DNA of 63,462 nt, counting the filler, from Acidimicrobiia bacterium (GTDB lineage: Bacteria; Actinomycetota; Acidimicrobiia; Spongiisociales; SHLN01): NCBI GenBank assembly GCA_041619515.1. It is 3 parts of 3 records of this genome, joined end to end, with 100 filler letters (N's around TTAATTAATTAA, not from the genome) between each part and the next. Parts side by side here need not be neighbours in the genome. Positions count along the whole stretch, not along the records: positions 1 to 26,600 come from JBFKDW010000039.1; 2 more parts are not named here. One strand, given 5' to 3'. The notes below the pieces were generated by a model, which had not been told where the DNA came from, searched no databases, and saw only the letters and a program-made list of their open reading frames with translations. The translations under genes and the position numbers were made by a program. This document shows positions 10,408 to 20,458 of this stretch, piece by piece. Positions within the stretch are counted from its first letter, which is position 1. The number at the start of each line of letters is the position of its first letter.

Positions 10408-11193
10408 ATGCGAGCGAGGTGTCTGATGGCGGCGCTGCTGATGGGCGCGTTCGGGCTCTCGGCGGCAGGCCCGGCCCAGGCAGCGGCTCCACTCGACTCG
10501 ATCGGGCTGGTGGATCCCACCAAAGGGGTCTGGTACCTGCGAACCGCCGGCGGCTCGGTGTGGAGCTTCTATTTCGGCGTTCCCGGGGATGTGCCCCTCG
10601 TGGGTGATTGGGACTGTGACGGCGTCGATACCCCGGGGATCTTCCGCCCCGCCACCGGCGCCGCCCACCTGCGCAACTCGGCATCAACCGGCGCCGCCGA
10701 TGTCGTGTTCTCGTTCGGTCTCCCCGGGGATGTCCCGCTGGCAGGCGACTGGGACGGCGACGGATGTGACACCCTCGGGGTGTATCGCAACGGACGGGTG
10801 TTCGTCCGCAACTCACTCGACACGGGCCCGGCCGACGCGTCGTTCTACTTCGGGGCGCCCGGCGATCGGCCCTTCGCCGGTGACTGGGACGGCGACGGGT
10901 CAGACGGCGTCGGGCTCTATCGGGAGGGCGCCTGGCGAGCGTACCTGCGACAGTCGCTCACCACCGGCCTCGCCGATTTCGAGTTCTACTACGGAACGGC
11001 CGGCGACCGGATCGTCGCCGGCGACTGGGACGGTGACGGTGACGACACCGTCGGCGTCTACCGCCGCTCCGCAGGCCGTTTCTACCTCTCCAACGAGAAC
11101 GGGCAACCGGTCGCCGACCTCGTCATCCCGTTCGGCGGTGGGGCGTTCACGCCGGTGGCCGGCGCCTTCTCCCCACCGGCACCGCCGGGCTGA
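10408..11193 (+). CDS. Secreted protein made of GDWDGDG (FG-GAP/VCBS-like) repeats
   Basis: Signal peptide ending AQA and four GDW(D)xDGxD repeats. Confidence 0.85.
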   Translation: MRARCLMAALLMGAFGLSAAGPAQAAAPLDSIGLVDPTKGVWYLRTAGGSVWSFYFGVPGDVPLVGDWDCDGVDTPGIFRPATGAAHLRNSASTGAADVVFSFGLPGDVPLAGDWDGDGCDTLGVYRNGRVFVRNSLDTGPADASFYFGAPGDRPFAGDWDGDGSDGVGLYREGAWRAYLRQSLTTGLADFEFYYGTAGDRIVAGDWDGDGDDTVGVYRRSAGRFYLSNENGQPVADLVIPFGGGAFTPVAGAFSPPAPPG

Positions 11194-11319
11194 GCACCGC
11201 CGGGCCAATGGACAGCCCCGGGCCGGGGCCACTAGCTTCCGGGGCGGGTGCTCCGCCGGCACGTCTCCGGCTGAAGCGACGAGGATCGCCCTGCGGCGTG
11301 ACGATTGGGAGGGACGCAG

Positions 11320-11808
11320 ATGCTGGAAACGACGCTGATCATCGCCACGCTCCTGTGTGGCCTCGTGGCCGGGCTCTTGTCCGGATTCGCAGTGGTGACC
11401 ATGCCCGGGATCAGATCCCTGCCCGACGGCGAGTTCATCAGGGCGTTTCAGGTGATGGACCGGATCATCCAGAACAACCAGCCGCTGTTCATGCTTGCCT
11501 GGATAGGGTCGGTGGTCGCCGTGGTGGCGTCGGCCGCCATCGGTCTCGCCGAGCTCGACGGCGTGGATCTCGGTCTGGTGCTGGCGGCGGCGGTCGTCTA
11601 CCTGATCGGGGTACAGGCCCCGACCGCGGTCGTGAACATTCCGCTCAACAACGCACTGCAGGAGGTGGACACCGGCGCGTCGGATGATCGACAGCTGGCG
11701 GCGGCGCGCGAGCGATTCGAGCGGCGCTGGAACACGTGGAATCGCATCCGATCCGCACTCGCCACCGTCACCACCGCGCTCCTGGCCATCCTGCTGCTGC
11801 GGCTGTGA
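11320..11808 (+). CDS. DUF1772 / anthrone oxygenase family membrane protein
   Basis: Four TM helices, VTMPG, NIPLNNAL, RWNTWNRIRS. Confidence 0.85.
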   Translation: MLETTLIIATLLCGLVAGLLSGFAVVTMPGIRSLPDGEFIRAFQVMDRIIQNNQPLFMLAWIGSVVAVVASAAIGLAELDGVDLGLVLAAAVVYLIGVQAPTAVVNIPLNNALQEVDTGASDDRQLAAARERFERRWNTWNRIRSALATVTTALLAILLLRL

Positions 11809-11832
11809 CTCCCCGGCCGGGTCGGCCACCGA

Positions 11833-13443
11833 TCAGGGCCCGGCGCCGATCTCGATCTCCCGGACCCTCGTCGTCCGCAACTCGCCGAACTCATCGCCGT
11901 CCCAGTAGGTCATGGTTCGCCACACCGTGACGGTGACGATCGGGCCGTTCCCCCGGTAGGGGTCCGGCCGGTAGGTCCACAACTGGGGAGGGGGCTGGAG
12001 GGCGCTCAGGGCGCCACGGTCGGGGTGGTCGTTCCAGTTCGAAACGAAGGTCGTCACGAAGCGGTCGAAGTCGGCCGCCCGCTCCTCGTCGAACAGAACG
12101 GTGCCGAGCTCCGCCTCCACCTGGAGAACCTCGGAGGCCGAGTCCGCATCGTAGAGCTCCTCGAGCAGGTCGCGGGTGCCGACCGCGCCCCAGTAATGGG
12201 GCAGCAGCTTGGTGTCCGCCGACAGATAATCGAACCCCGCCAGTGAGAACTGGTAGTCGAACGGGCGGAAGAAGCCGGGCGCCAGCTCGCCGGTCTGGCC
12301 GGAGGCGTCGGTGGCAACGAACCGGTAGGCGTAGGCGACGGGGGCGTCGAGCCATGCCAGGTTGACCGGCATGGACCACAGCGGCGCCGTCACCACCAGC
12401 CCGGTTCCGATGAGGGCATGAGACCATGTGAAGGTCGGCAGCGATGCGAGCAGCCGGTGGCGGAGCAGAAACGCAAGCAGCGCGACCTCCAGCACGATCC
12501 AGCGCCAGAAGAAGATGCCGGTGAGAGCCATCACGCCGAGGTGGAAGGCGATGAACAGGCCGAGCCAGCCGACGAGATTGCGACGGCTCCACAGGATGAA
12601 CACGGCGCCGAACTCGACGACCGCAGTTCCGATGAGCATCGGCCATGCCAGCGGCCGCAAGAAGCGGCCGACCGAGGAGACGGTGTCGGTCGAGAGCGAG
12701 CCCAGCCAGCCGTAGGCGTAGCTGCTGAACAGGTTCTTCTCGACGTGAGCGCCCACCTGCAGCCATCCCAGCCGGGCCTTGCCGACACCGGGAACCCAGT
12801 ACGCGCCGGCCACCAGGCAGACCAAGACGACGACAAAGTCGGCGTTGCGCCAGCGACCGACGATGAGGCGGATCACCATCAGCGCGATGAACAGCTCGAC
12901 GACCCGCACCAGCTGGTATTGCTCGGCGACCGAGTACCCGCCGATGGGATACTGAAACTGCTGGATGATCGTGGTCACGACCAGCAGCCACGGCACTGCG
13001 AAGACGGGACGCCACAGGGTGAGCGCGCCCAGGAGGATCAACACAAGCCGGTCGAACAGGTGGGCCCGATCGAGAAACAGGTTGTACTCGTAGGTCGAGA
13101 ACCACCAGGTCAGCAGGACGACGGCCGCGCCGACGGGCAGTCGGAACGACCATCCACGCTCGAATCCGGGCCAGCGCAGCCCGAACGATCCGGTGCGCCA
13201 GAGGGCTATTCCCCACAGGGCCAGAAGAACGGGGACGGCCAAGCCCAACCTGGTCATCGACTCGAGGATCAGGCTGGGCCGGGTGTAGCCGGCCTCGCCG
13301 AGATCCGTGATGCGAAGGACGATCTGGTCGATCACCACGAAGATGGCGACCAGGGCGCCGATCGGCCACCCGGTCGACCACAGGGCCTGGAGACCCCGTC
13401 CCGGCCGGTCACGCTGCGTGAGCTCTTGCGACGGCTCCGTCAC
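11833..13443 (-). CDS. Polytopic membrane protein, HTTM-like, with a soluble C-terminal domain
   Basis: About 10 TM segments, Y-W-x-P-G-x-G-K and F-H-x(7)-G-I-F-F-W patterns. Confidence 0.7.
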   Translation of the reverse strand: MTEPSQELTQRDRPGRGLQALWSTGWPIGALVAIFVVIDQIVLRITDLGEAGYTRPSLILESMTRLGLAVPVLLALWGIALWRTGSFGLRWPGFERGWSFRLPVGAAVVLLTWWFSTYEYNLFLDRAHLFDRLVLILLGALTLWRPVFAVPWLLVVTTIIQQFQYPIGGYSVAEQYQLVRVVELFIALMVIRLIVGRWRNADFVVVLVCLVAGAYWVPGVGKARLGWLQVGAHVEKNLFSSYAYGWLGSLSTDTVSSVGRFLRPLAWPMLIGTAVVEFGAVFILWSRRNLVGWLGLFIAFHLGVMALTGIFFWRWIVLEVALLAFLLRHRLLASLPTFTWSHALIGTGLVVTAPLWSMPVNLAWLDAPVAYAYRFVATDASGQTGELAPGFFRPFDYQFSLAGFDYLSADTKLLPHYWGAVGTRDLLEELYDADSASEVLQVEAELGTVLFDEERAADFDRFVTTFVSNWNDHPDRGALSALQPPPQLWTYRPDPYRGNGPIVTVTVWRTMTYWDGDEFGELRTTRVREIEIGAGP

Positions 13444-13710
13444 TGAGACCGCCGGCTCATCGGCAACGAGACGGCTGCAATCGGCGCTGCTGACCTTATC
13501 GAATCACCCCACTGTTCGACGGCGCCCGCGGCAGCCGTGTGCAATCAGTGTAGGAGAGGCCGGTCCGGCCGTGAGATGGGCAATTCGAGAAGGACGGAAT
13601 GGATTCGTGGCATGATCTCTACTCATGTGTGAGCCCTGCCGCCGACCAATCGACAACGGCGCCGGTGCCCCCCGCCCGCCCGAGACCGTGGAGCGGGACG
13701 ATTCGGGCGG

Positions 13711-15105
13711 ATGGGGTTCGCGGTGAAGATCGTCTACATCACGAACGGGATGGCATCCACCCTCAACTCGAGCCTGGAATTGAGCCGCAGGCTGACGGAC
13801 GCGGGGCACGAGGTGATCTACCTGAGCCAGGCCGACGTGTGCCCCAGGGTGCAGGCGGCGGGGTATCGATGCCGCCGGCTGGAAGCCGATCAAGCCTTCC
13901 AGGAGGAAGCTCCCGGGCCGGTGTCGGTCAGGAACCCGATCGGCTGGGCTCGCACGCTGCTCCAGCGCCGGGGGATTCGCCGTCGGTCCGTTCGAAACAC
14001 CGAGATCGAGTCGGCGGTCGCCGAGCTGGATCCTGACCTGCTCCTGATCGACATCGAGATGCACTTTGCGATCATCGCCACCGCTTCGCTCGGCATACCG
14101 ACGCTGCTTCCCATCGTGTGGTTCTCCATCTTCAAACACCCCGCGCTCCCACCCATGCACACCAAGCTGACGCCGCCAGCCACCCCACGGGGGCGGCTCG
14201 CCATTGCGCTGGCCTGGTGGCGGTTGCGGATCCGGGTGATCGGCGGGGATTGGAAGGACCGCCTCAGGCGCACCCTCAGCGGAGACCTGTTCCGCCCCGT
14301 CGCCTACGACACCGTGAACATCGACGACCTGCGGGCGCTGGCAAAGTCGCGAACGTTCAGCTTGCGACGCAACGCCGACCGCTCACACTGGCTCCGCCCG
14401 TACGCGTACACCCGCCTACCCGTCCTCTCGTTCACGGCTCGCGAAATGGAGTTCCCCCATGAGCCCTGGCCGATGCTCCATTACGTCGGCCCAATGGTGC
14501 TCCGCGATCGACCCGAGACCCTCGTCGACGAGGCGGCCTCCGCCGCCTGGCGACGCTTCGCCGCCGACCGCCGGCCGGGGCGGCCCCTCGTCTACTGCTC
14601 GCTGGGAACCTTCTGGTCGATGGATGATGACTTCCTGCGCCGGGTGCTCGACGTCTTCGAGCGCCGCACCGACTGGGACCTCGTGATCGGGCTGGGCGGC
14701 AAGCTCGACCCGGCCCGGTTGGCGCCGATTCCGCCGAACGCGCTCGTCGTCGACTACGCGCCCCAGCTGGAGGTGCTGGCCCAGGCAGACTGCGCCATCA
14801 CCCACGGCGGCATCACAACCATCAACGAGTGCATCGAATTCGAGGTGCCGATGGTGGTGTATTCGACCGAGCATGTCGACCAGGACGGCTGCGCCGCCCG
14901 GGTGGCGTTCCATCGGCTGGGGGTGGTTGCCGACATCGGGGCCGCCGGCGTGGATGCGGTGGAAGGCAATATCGAACGCGCGCTGCAGGATGCGGAGATC
15001 CGGGAGAACGTCGCCGCCATGCGGGCCCACTTCGATGGGTACCGCAGCCCGGATGCCGCCGTCCGGCTGATCGAGTCACTCGGCGGTCCTCCGACCGACA
15101 CCTAG
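13711..15105 (+). CDS. GT1 family glycosyltransferase (MGT/UGT type)
   Basis: YCSLGT and PSPG-like box YAPQLEVLAQADCAITHGGITTINE...DQ. Start may be GTG13723. Confidence 0.9.
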   Translation: MGFAVKIVYITNGMASTLNSSLELSRRLTDAGHEVIYLSQADVCPRVQAAGYRCRRLEADQAFQEEAPGPVSVRNPIGWARTLLQRRGIRRRSVRNTEIESAVAELDPDLLLIDIEMHFAIIATASLGIPTLLPIVWFSIFKHPALPPMHTKLTPPATPRGRLAIALAWWRLRIRVIGGDWKDRLRRTLSGDLFRPVAYDTVNIDDLRALAKSRTFSLRRNADRSHWLRPYAYTRLPVLSFTAREMEFPHEPWPMLHYVGPMVLRDRPETLVDEAASAAWRRFAADRRPGRPLVYCSLGTFWSMDDDFLRRVLDVFERRTDWDLVIGLGGKLDPARLAPIPPNALVVDYAPQLEVLAQADCAITHGGITTINECIEFEVPMVVYSTEHVDQDGCAARVAFHRLGVVADIGAAGVDAVEGNIERALQDAEIRENVAAMRAHFDGYRSPDAAVRLIESLGGPPTDT

Positions 15106-15143
15106 ACCGCCGGCCGGAACGGCGGCGCCTCGAACCATCTCGA

Positions 15144-16397
15144 TCAGCGGTCGTTCGCGGCCGGGCTCGGTGCCGGGCTGTACAGCTGCTTGATCGACCA
15201 CCGGAAGCCGACATAGCGAACGACGGCGAACCCGAGCAGCGAGAGCACGAGGGCGAAGGACTTGGTGACGGGGGCGGTGAAGGCGATGGGGATCTGCACG
15301 AGAGCGGCCACCACGTAGATCTTGAAGATGTCGCGTTCTCTCCGGCCTCCCACCAGCTGGGAATCCTCCGAGAACAGCATGCCCCAGAGGATGTTGTTCA
15401 CGATGGTGAGTGCGGTGAGGAACTCGATCGTGAAGGCCTCCCGGACCAGCCACCGCATCGGATTCCCCGGCCAATCGAACCCCATCCACACCAGGAACAC
15501 GAAGCCGGGAACGAGGACGACGAACTTGGAGATCCGGGCAAGCCGCATCCCCTCGGAGCGATTCCTCTCCCGACCTGCCAGCAGGGAGGGCGGGTTGAGG
15601 ACCGCCGATACCCCACCGACGAACACCAGCAGGGGCCGGGCGGCTATTCGGGCCGCCTCGGCGAAGCCGAGTGCCTCGCTGCCGGCGGTGATGTCGACGA
15701 TCGAGGCGGCCACGAAGGCGGCGCCGAGCTGTATGACGGCGACCCCGGCCAGCCACCGGCCGGGAGCAGCCAGGCTCCGAAGCGAGTAGGGGTCGCCCTC
15801 GGCAGGCACTGCGGTGCCCCGCGCCAGGGCGAAGCCGACCGTCATGGACACGATGTTGGCGGCCACCAGGGCTCCGAACGGGACCCAGGCCGGGTCGAGG
15901 TCGACGAGCACGCCCCCGGTGATGAACACTGCCGCCACCGCCAGCTGGACGACCGAGGTCATCGCAGCGAGCCAGGAACGACCCGCCAGGTGCATGACTC
16001 GTCGAACGTGATCCTGGATCGGGGAGAGGATCGCCGCAATCACCGCAGTGAGCGCGAGGGGGCCGAGCAACGACAACTCAGCATCGCGCGCCGGGATCCA
16101 CGCCAGCAGCACCAGCAAGCTCGAAACCAGCGCCACCGGGACGCCGGTGGGGAGCGTCAGACGGTACCCCGCCAGCTGGCCTTCCTTCGGCTGGCCGAGC
16201 AAGCGAACCTCGCCCGGTAGAAAAGAGAGCGTGAACGGGACGATGGTGGCAACCAGGAAGCTGGCGAAGAACAGTGCATACACGCCCAGCTCCGCCGGGG
16301 CGAGCTTGGCCGCGGCGTACACGCCGGTGCCGAAGGTTGCGAGCGCCGCCGAGCCGGCATCGAGAAGCCCGGCGGGGATCGACTTGGAAAGACGCAT
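15144..16397 (-). CDS. Oligosaccharide flippase-like (Wzx/MATE-like) membrane protein
   Basis: About 12 TM segments and an L-x-P-x-E-L-G-V-Y-A pattern near the N-terminus. Confidence 0.7.
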   Translation of the reverse strand: MRLSKSIPAGLLDAGSAALATFGTGVYAAAKLAPAELGVYALFFASFLVATIVPFTLSFLPGEVRLLGQPKEGQLAGYRLTLPTGVPVALVSSLLVLLAWIPARDAELSLLGPLALTAVIAAILSPIQDHVRRVMHLAGRSWLAAMTSVVQLAVAAVFITGGVLVDLDPAWVPFGALVAANIVSMTVGFALARGTAVPAEGDPYSLRSLAAPGRWLAGVAVIQLGAAFVAASIVDITAGSEALGFAEAARIAARPLLVFVGGVSAVLNPPSLLAGRERNRSEGMRLARISKFVVLVPGFVFLVWMGFDWPGNPMRWLVREAFTIEFLTALTIVNNILWGMLFSEDSQLVGGRRERDIFKIYVVAALVQIPIAFTAPVTKSFALVLSLLGFAVVRYVGFRWSIKQLYSPAPSPAANDR

Positions 16398-16496
16398 CAG
16401 CTGGGGGCCAGACGGTTGCCGGGTCGGTCAGCGTAGCCCGATGCCCATTCGGAGTGCAGCCGGAAACAGGCCCGACGAAGCAGCCGGGTGGAGCCG

Positions 16497-17822
16497 CTAG
16501 CCGACGTGGGGCTCATCAGCCGCCGGCAGCAGGCGCCCCCGATCTCTCTCCAACCAGAGCGTCGCCATCGACACCACGGTGAGGACGACGATCAGGATGA
16601 GCGAGCGGGGCCACAGCACGACGCGATCGACCAGCGCGTCGACATTCAGATCGATGCCGAATGCCCGGTCGAGCGCCCAGCCGGCGGCGATCGCCGCCAG
16701 CACTCCCGAGCCGGCATACATGGCCGGGAGGTAGAAACGGGTCCGGCGCAGCATGAAGAGGCTCGGGAACACCAGCAGGATGATGAGAGCCTGCCCCAGC
16801 TCGATCCCGAGGTTGAAGCCGAGCAGCGAGACGAAGCGCCGTGATTGGGTGAGGCCGAGGTCGCTGAGCAGGCCTGCGAACCCGAAGCCGTGGAACAACC
16901 CGAAGCCGAAGGCGATCAGCCACTCCTTGTTGACGAACAGCGGCCGGATGTTGTGGAGGGCGGCCAGCGCGATCGACAGCGCAATGACGGTTTCGACGAG
17001 GGCAGGCGGCAGCTCGATGATCCCCAGCCCACCCAGCGTCAGGGTGACGGTATGGGCCACGGTGAACATGGTCACGATCTTCAATACCCGCCACAGGCTG
17101 GATCCGAAACTCGGAGCCGCCCGCCAGCCGCCCTCGCGGGAGAACACCAGCACGCTGGGAAGCACGAGCGCGAGGATGAACAGGATGTGATCGGTCCCGA
17201 TCCGAATGTGCTCGACACCCAGGTCGATGACTCCTCCGACGCCTTTCCAGAACGACGTGTCACCAAGGTCGACCTGCTGGGTGGTGGTGCCGGGGGTGAA
17301 GCGCAAGAGCTCGCTGGCCTCGTTGTTGAAGGTCCCCGAGCCCCAGTCGGTGCCGATGATGAGGAGCGCGCTGCGCTCGGACTTGGCGTGAAGAATGCCG
17401 TCGTAGGTTGCCGTGAACCGGCGCGGCACCGGCGAGAACTCCCGGTCGACTGCGAAGTCGAGCACGAGGTACGAGCCGGCCGCACCGATGTCGAGTACCG
17501 AGAACTCTTCGAAGAGGATCGGCCACTCGCCCGTTACGTCGCCGAGCGCCAGGTGAGCAGTCACATAGTCCTCCAGCACCCGGCGGTTCTGCTCCGCAGC
17601 CGCCACAGCATCCTCTTCGTCGAATGGGAGACTGAGCGATAGGACCTCGTTGAGATCACCGATGGGGAACTCGACCCGCCCTTCGATGGTGGAGTCGTAC
17701 AGGTCGAGGTAGACGTAGCTCTCCTCGCCGCTGTGAGCAGAGGCCGCCGACGGCAACGCCAGCAGCACGAACAGCACCGCCAGCACCACCACGCGTCGTT
17801 TCCCGCCACCTGTTGTCAACAC
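16497..17822 (-). CDS. HupE/UreJ family membrane protein with N-terminal extracytoplasmic domain
   Basis: GVEHI-x-x-G-x-DHILF, FTVAHTVTL, FGLFHGFGFA, FNLGIELGQ; signal peptide ending ASA-H. Confidence 0.9.
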   Translation of the reverse strand: MLTTGGGKRRVVVLAVLFVLLALPSAASAHSGEESYVYLDLYDSTIEGRVEFPIGDLNEVLSLSLPFDEEDAVAAAEQNRRVLEDYVTAHLALGDVTGEWPILFEEFSVLDIGAAGSYLVLDFAVDREFSPVPRRFTATYDGILHAKSERSALLIIGTDWGSGTFNNEASELLRFTPGTTTQQVDLGDTSFWKGVGGVIDLGVEHIRIGTDHILFILALVLPSVLVFSREGGWRAAPSFGSSLWRVLKIVTMFTVAHTVTLTLGGLGIIELPPALVETVIALSIALAALHNIRPLFVNKEWLIAFGFGLFHGFGFAGLLSDLGLTQSRRFVSLLGFNLGIELGQALIILLVFPSLFMLRRTRFYLPAMYAGSGVLAAIAAGWALDRAFGIDLNVDALVDRVVLWPRSLILIVVLTVVSMATLWLERDRGRLLPAADEPHVG

Positions 17823-18175
17823 CGTCGTCCGCCTCTCCGCTTCATGCCGGGTATCAACGTACCCCCAATCCGGCAGCTATGTGCTCGGGCCCGGCGGCGG
17901 CTTCCCGGAATGCGGGCGCCCGCCGGCGACGCCAACGCCCGCCGACGACGGGCGGGTGTCCAATTCGGCAACCGCCACCCATTCACGAGCGCCGCCCGCG
18001 AAACCACATATCGTCGTATGCATGACCACTTTGCGTGTTACGATGGCTCAATGGGCCGCCGACATGGCGGTCCATGTCCAGGGGGTGCCGGCTGCGTAGC
18101 GACGGCATTGACGCTATACATACGACCGCGCGGCAACCGCTCGATCATCGGGGCAGGCGGGAAGGGAGAAATCGA

Positions 18176-19303
18176 ATGGATGTCGATCGTAGTTCGTTCG
18201 GTACCACGATCATCGCACGGGATCACATCGCAACCATCGTCAACGCAGTCGGCCTCGACGCGCTCATGGACGAGATGATCGCCTCGCTGACAACGGCCAT
18301 CGAGGACTACGACGAAACCCGCACCCACGTCCGGACCCGGGACGGTTTCCACTATCGCGAGCCCGATGTCGGGCTGCTCGAATGGATGCCGGTGATGCAC
18401 ACGGCGCAGTCGACCACCATCAAGGTCGTCGGGTACCACCCGACCAACCCGACCAAGCGATCGCTCCCCACCATCCTCTCCACCATCAGCGTGTTCGACA
18501 CCGCCACCGGACATATGACGGGCCTGGCAGACGGGACGTTCCTCACGGCGCTTCGAACCGGGGCCGCCTCCGCCATCGCCAGCAAGGTGCTGGCCCGGCC
18601 CGAATCCCATGTTCTCGGCCTGGTCGGGTGCGGAGCACAATCCATCACCCAAATGCACGCCATCGTGCGCAGCTTCCCGATCGACCAGGTCCTCATCGCC
18701 GATGTCGACGAGCACAACGTCGACACGTTCGCCGGGCGAGCCGCCGAGATCCTGCCGCTGTCGGTTGAGATCAAGCCGACACCGGTGGATCTGCTCATGG
18801 CGTGGAGCGACATCGTCTGCACCTCGACATCCGTCGGCATCGGAGAGGGGCCTCTCTTCGCCGACCTGACCACCAAGCCGTGGCTCCACATCAACGCGGT
18901 CGGGTCGGACTTCCCCGGCAAGGTTGAGCTCCCGCTCTCGCTGCTCCGCCGCAGCCTCGTGTGCCCCGACGTGCCCGAACAGGCGGTCAAAGAAGGCGAG
19001 TGCCAGCAGCTCACCGCCGAGGAGATCGGCCCGCACCTGGCCAAGATCGTCGCCCGGCCCGACGAGTTCGCGCCCGCCCGGGACCGGCTAACCGTGTTCG
19101 ACTCGACCGGCTGGGCGCTGGGCGATCAGGTTGCCATGCAACTGCTGCTGCGCCACGCCGCCAACCTCGGAGTCGGGATCGAGATCAATCTCGAGGACAT
19201 TGGAGAGGACCCGCTCGACCCCTATCACCTCGGCCGGGAGCGCACCGGTGGCGGCTCCGGCACAGCTGCGATAGAGCAGGGCTCTCTCAACGCGGAGGGC
19301 TGA
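18176..19303 (+). CDS. Lysine/ornithine cyclodeaminase (RapL/PipA-like, probably L-pipecolate forming)
   Basis: LEWMP, LPTIL, LTALRTGAASA, HINAVG, EGECQQL, FDSTG and the C-terminal LDPY tail of the RapL subgroup. Confidence 0.88.
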   Translation: MDVDRSSFGTTIIARDHIATIVNAVGLDALMDEMIASLTTAIEDYDETRTHVRTRDGFHYREPDVGLLEWMPVMHTAQSTTIKVVGYHPTNPTKRSLPTILSTISVFDTATGHMTGLADGTFLTALRTGAASAIASKVLARPESHVLGLVGCGAQSITQMHAIVRSFPIDQVLIADVDEHNVDTFAGRAAEILPLSVEIKPTPVDLLMAWSDIVCTSTSVGIGEGPLFADLTTKPWLHINAVGSDFPGKVELPLSLLRRSLVCPDVPEQAVKEGECQQLTAEEIGPHLAKIVARPDEFAPARDRLTVFDSTGWALGDQVAMQLLLRHAANLGVGIEINLEDIGEDPLDPYHLGRERTGGGSGTAAIEQGSLNAEG

Positions 19304-20445
19304 TGGAGTTCGGCTTCACAGAGGACCAGGAGGCACTGCGGGCCGAGACGCTGGAATTCACCGCCTCCCTCGGCGGCGAGCCGGGCACCGGCGATGCAGG
19401 CGAGGGATTCGATCACAAGCTGTGGGCTCGCTGCGCCCAGTTCGGCATCCTCGGCGCGTTCGTTCCCGAGCAGTACGGAGGCCGCGGCCTCGACCTGGTA
19501 TCGGCCATGGTGATGATGGAGGCGCTCGGCTACGGATGCCGGAACAACGGCCTCACCCTCGCCCTCAACGGCCACATGTGGGCGGTCCAGGAGCCAATCC
19601 TGCGCTTCGGGACCGAAGCTCAAAAGCAGCGGTTCCTTCCCGGCATGGTCTCGGGGGCGCTGCTGGGCGCCGACGCGGTAACCGAGGCCGGCGCCGGCTC
19701 GGACGTCAACAGCATGCAAACCACCGCACACGAGCGGGACGGTGGGTACGTGCTGAACGGCCACAAGTCCTACATAGGGCTGGCACCGGTGTGCGACCTC
19801 GCGCTCGTGTTCGCCACCAGCGACCCGGCCCTCGGCCAGTGGGGCATCAACGCCTTCATCGTCCCGGCCGACAGCCCCGGGTTCCATCGGGGAGAGCCTC
19901 GCCCCAAGATGGGCCTGGACGGCAGCCCGCTGGGAGACATCGTGCTGGAGGACGTCTTCGTGCCGTCGGAGCTGCGGCTCGGCCCCAGGGGTGCCGGAGC
20001 AAGCATCTTCAATCACTCCCTGGATTGGGAACGCAGTTTCATCTTCGCCAGCCACGTCGGGTCGATGGATCGCCAGCTGGAGGAGAACATCGAATACGCC
20101 AGGAGCCGCCGCCAGTTCGGCGAGCCGATCGGACATTTCCAGTCGGTGGCCAATCGGATCGCCGACATGAAGCTGCGACTGGAGACGGCGCGCCTCCTCC
20201 TGTACAAGGCCGCCTGGATGATGGATCGCGGCGAGCCGGTCCAGATGGCGTCCGCCCTCGCCAAGCTCCACATCGCCGAGTCGTTCGTCAGCTCCAGCAT
20301 GGACTCGGTACGCAACCACGGCGCTCGCGGCTATCTGAGGGAGTTCGGACTGGAGCAGGATCTGCGCGACGCCGTGGGGGGAGTCATCTACGGTGGGACC
20401 TCCGATATCCAGAGGCGGGCCATCGCCCGCCTGCTCGGCTTGTGA
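19303..20445 (+). CDS. Acyl-CoA dehydrogenase family, aminoacyl-PCP dehydrogenase (PltE/RedW/AnaB-like)
   Basis: TEAGAGSD, LDWER (candidate catalytic Glu), RRQFG, IYGGTSDIQR. TGATG coupling to the upstream gene. Confidence 0.9.
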   Translation: MEFGFTEDQEALRAETLEFTASLGGEPGTGDAGEGFDHKLWARCAQFGILGAFVPEQYGGRGLDLVSAMVMMEALGYGCRNNGLTLALNGHMWAVQEPILRFGTEAQKQRFLPGMVSGALLGADAVTEAGAGSDVNSMQTTAHERDGGYVLNGHKSYIGLAPVCDLALVFATSDPALGQWGINAFIVPADSPGFHRGEPRPKMGLDGSPLGDIVLEDVFVPSELRLGPRGAGASIFNHSLDWERSFIFASHVGSMDRQLEENIEYARSRRQFGEPIGHFQSVANRIADMKLRLETARLLLYKAAWMMDRGEPVQMASALAKLHIAESFVSSSMDSVRNHGARGYLREFGLEQDLRDAVGGVIYGGTSDIQRRAIARLLGL

Positions 20446-20458
20446 CGGGAGAGCGGCG

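Noticed and set aside
18961..19302. Long N-terminal extensions in the ORF track (also 54760, 55848, 56933, 60569)
   Set aside because: They overlap upstream genes in another frame; real starts are at TGATG/ATGA junctions.
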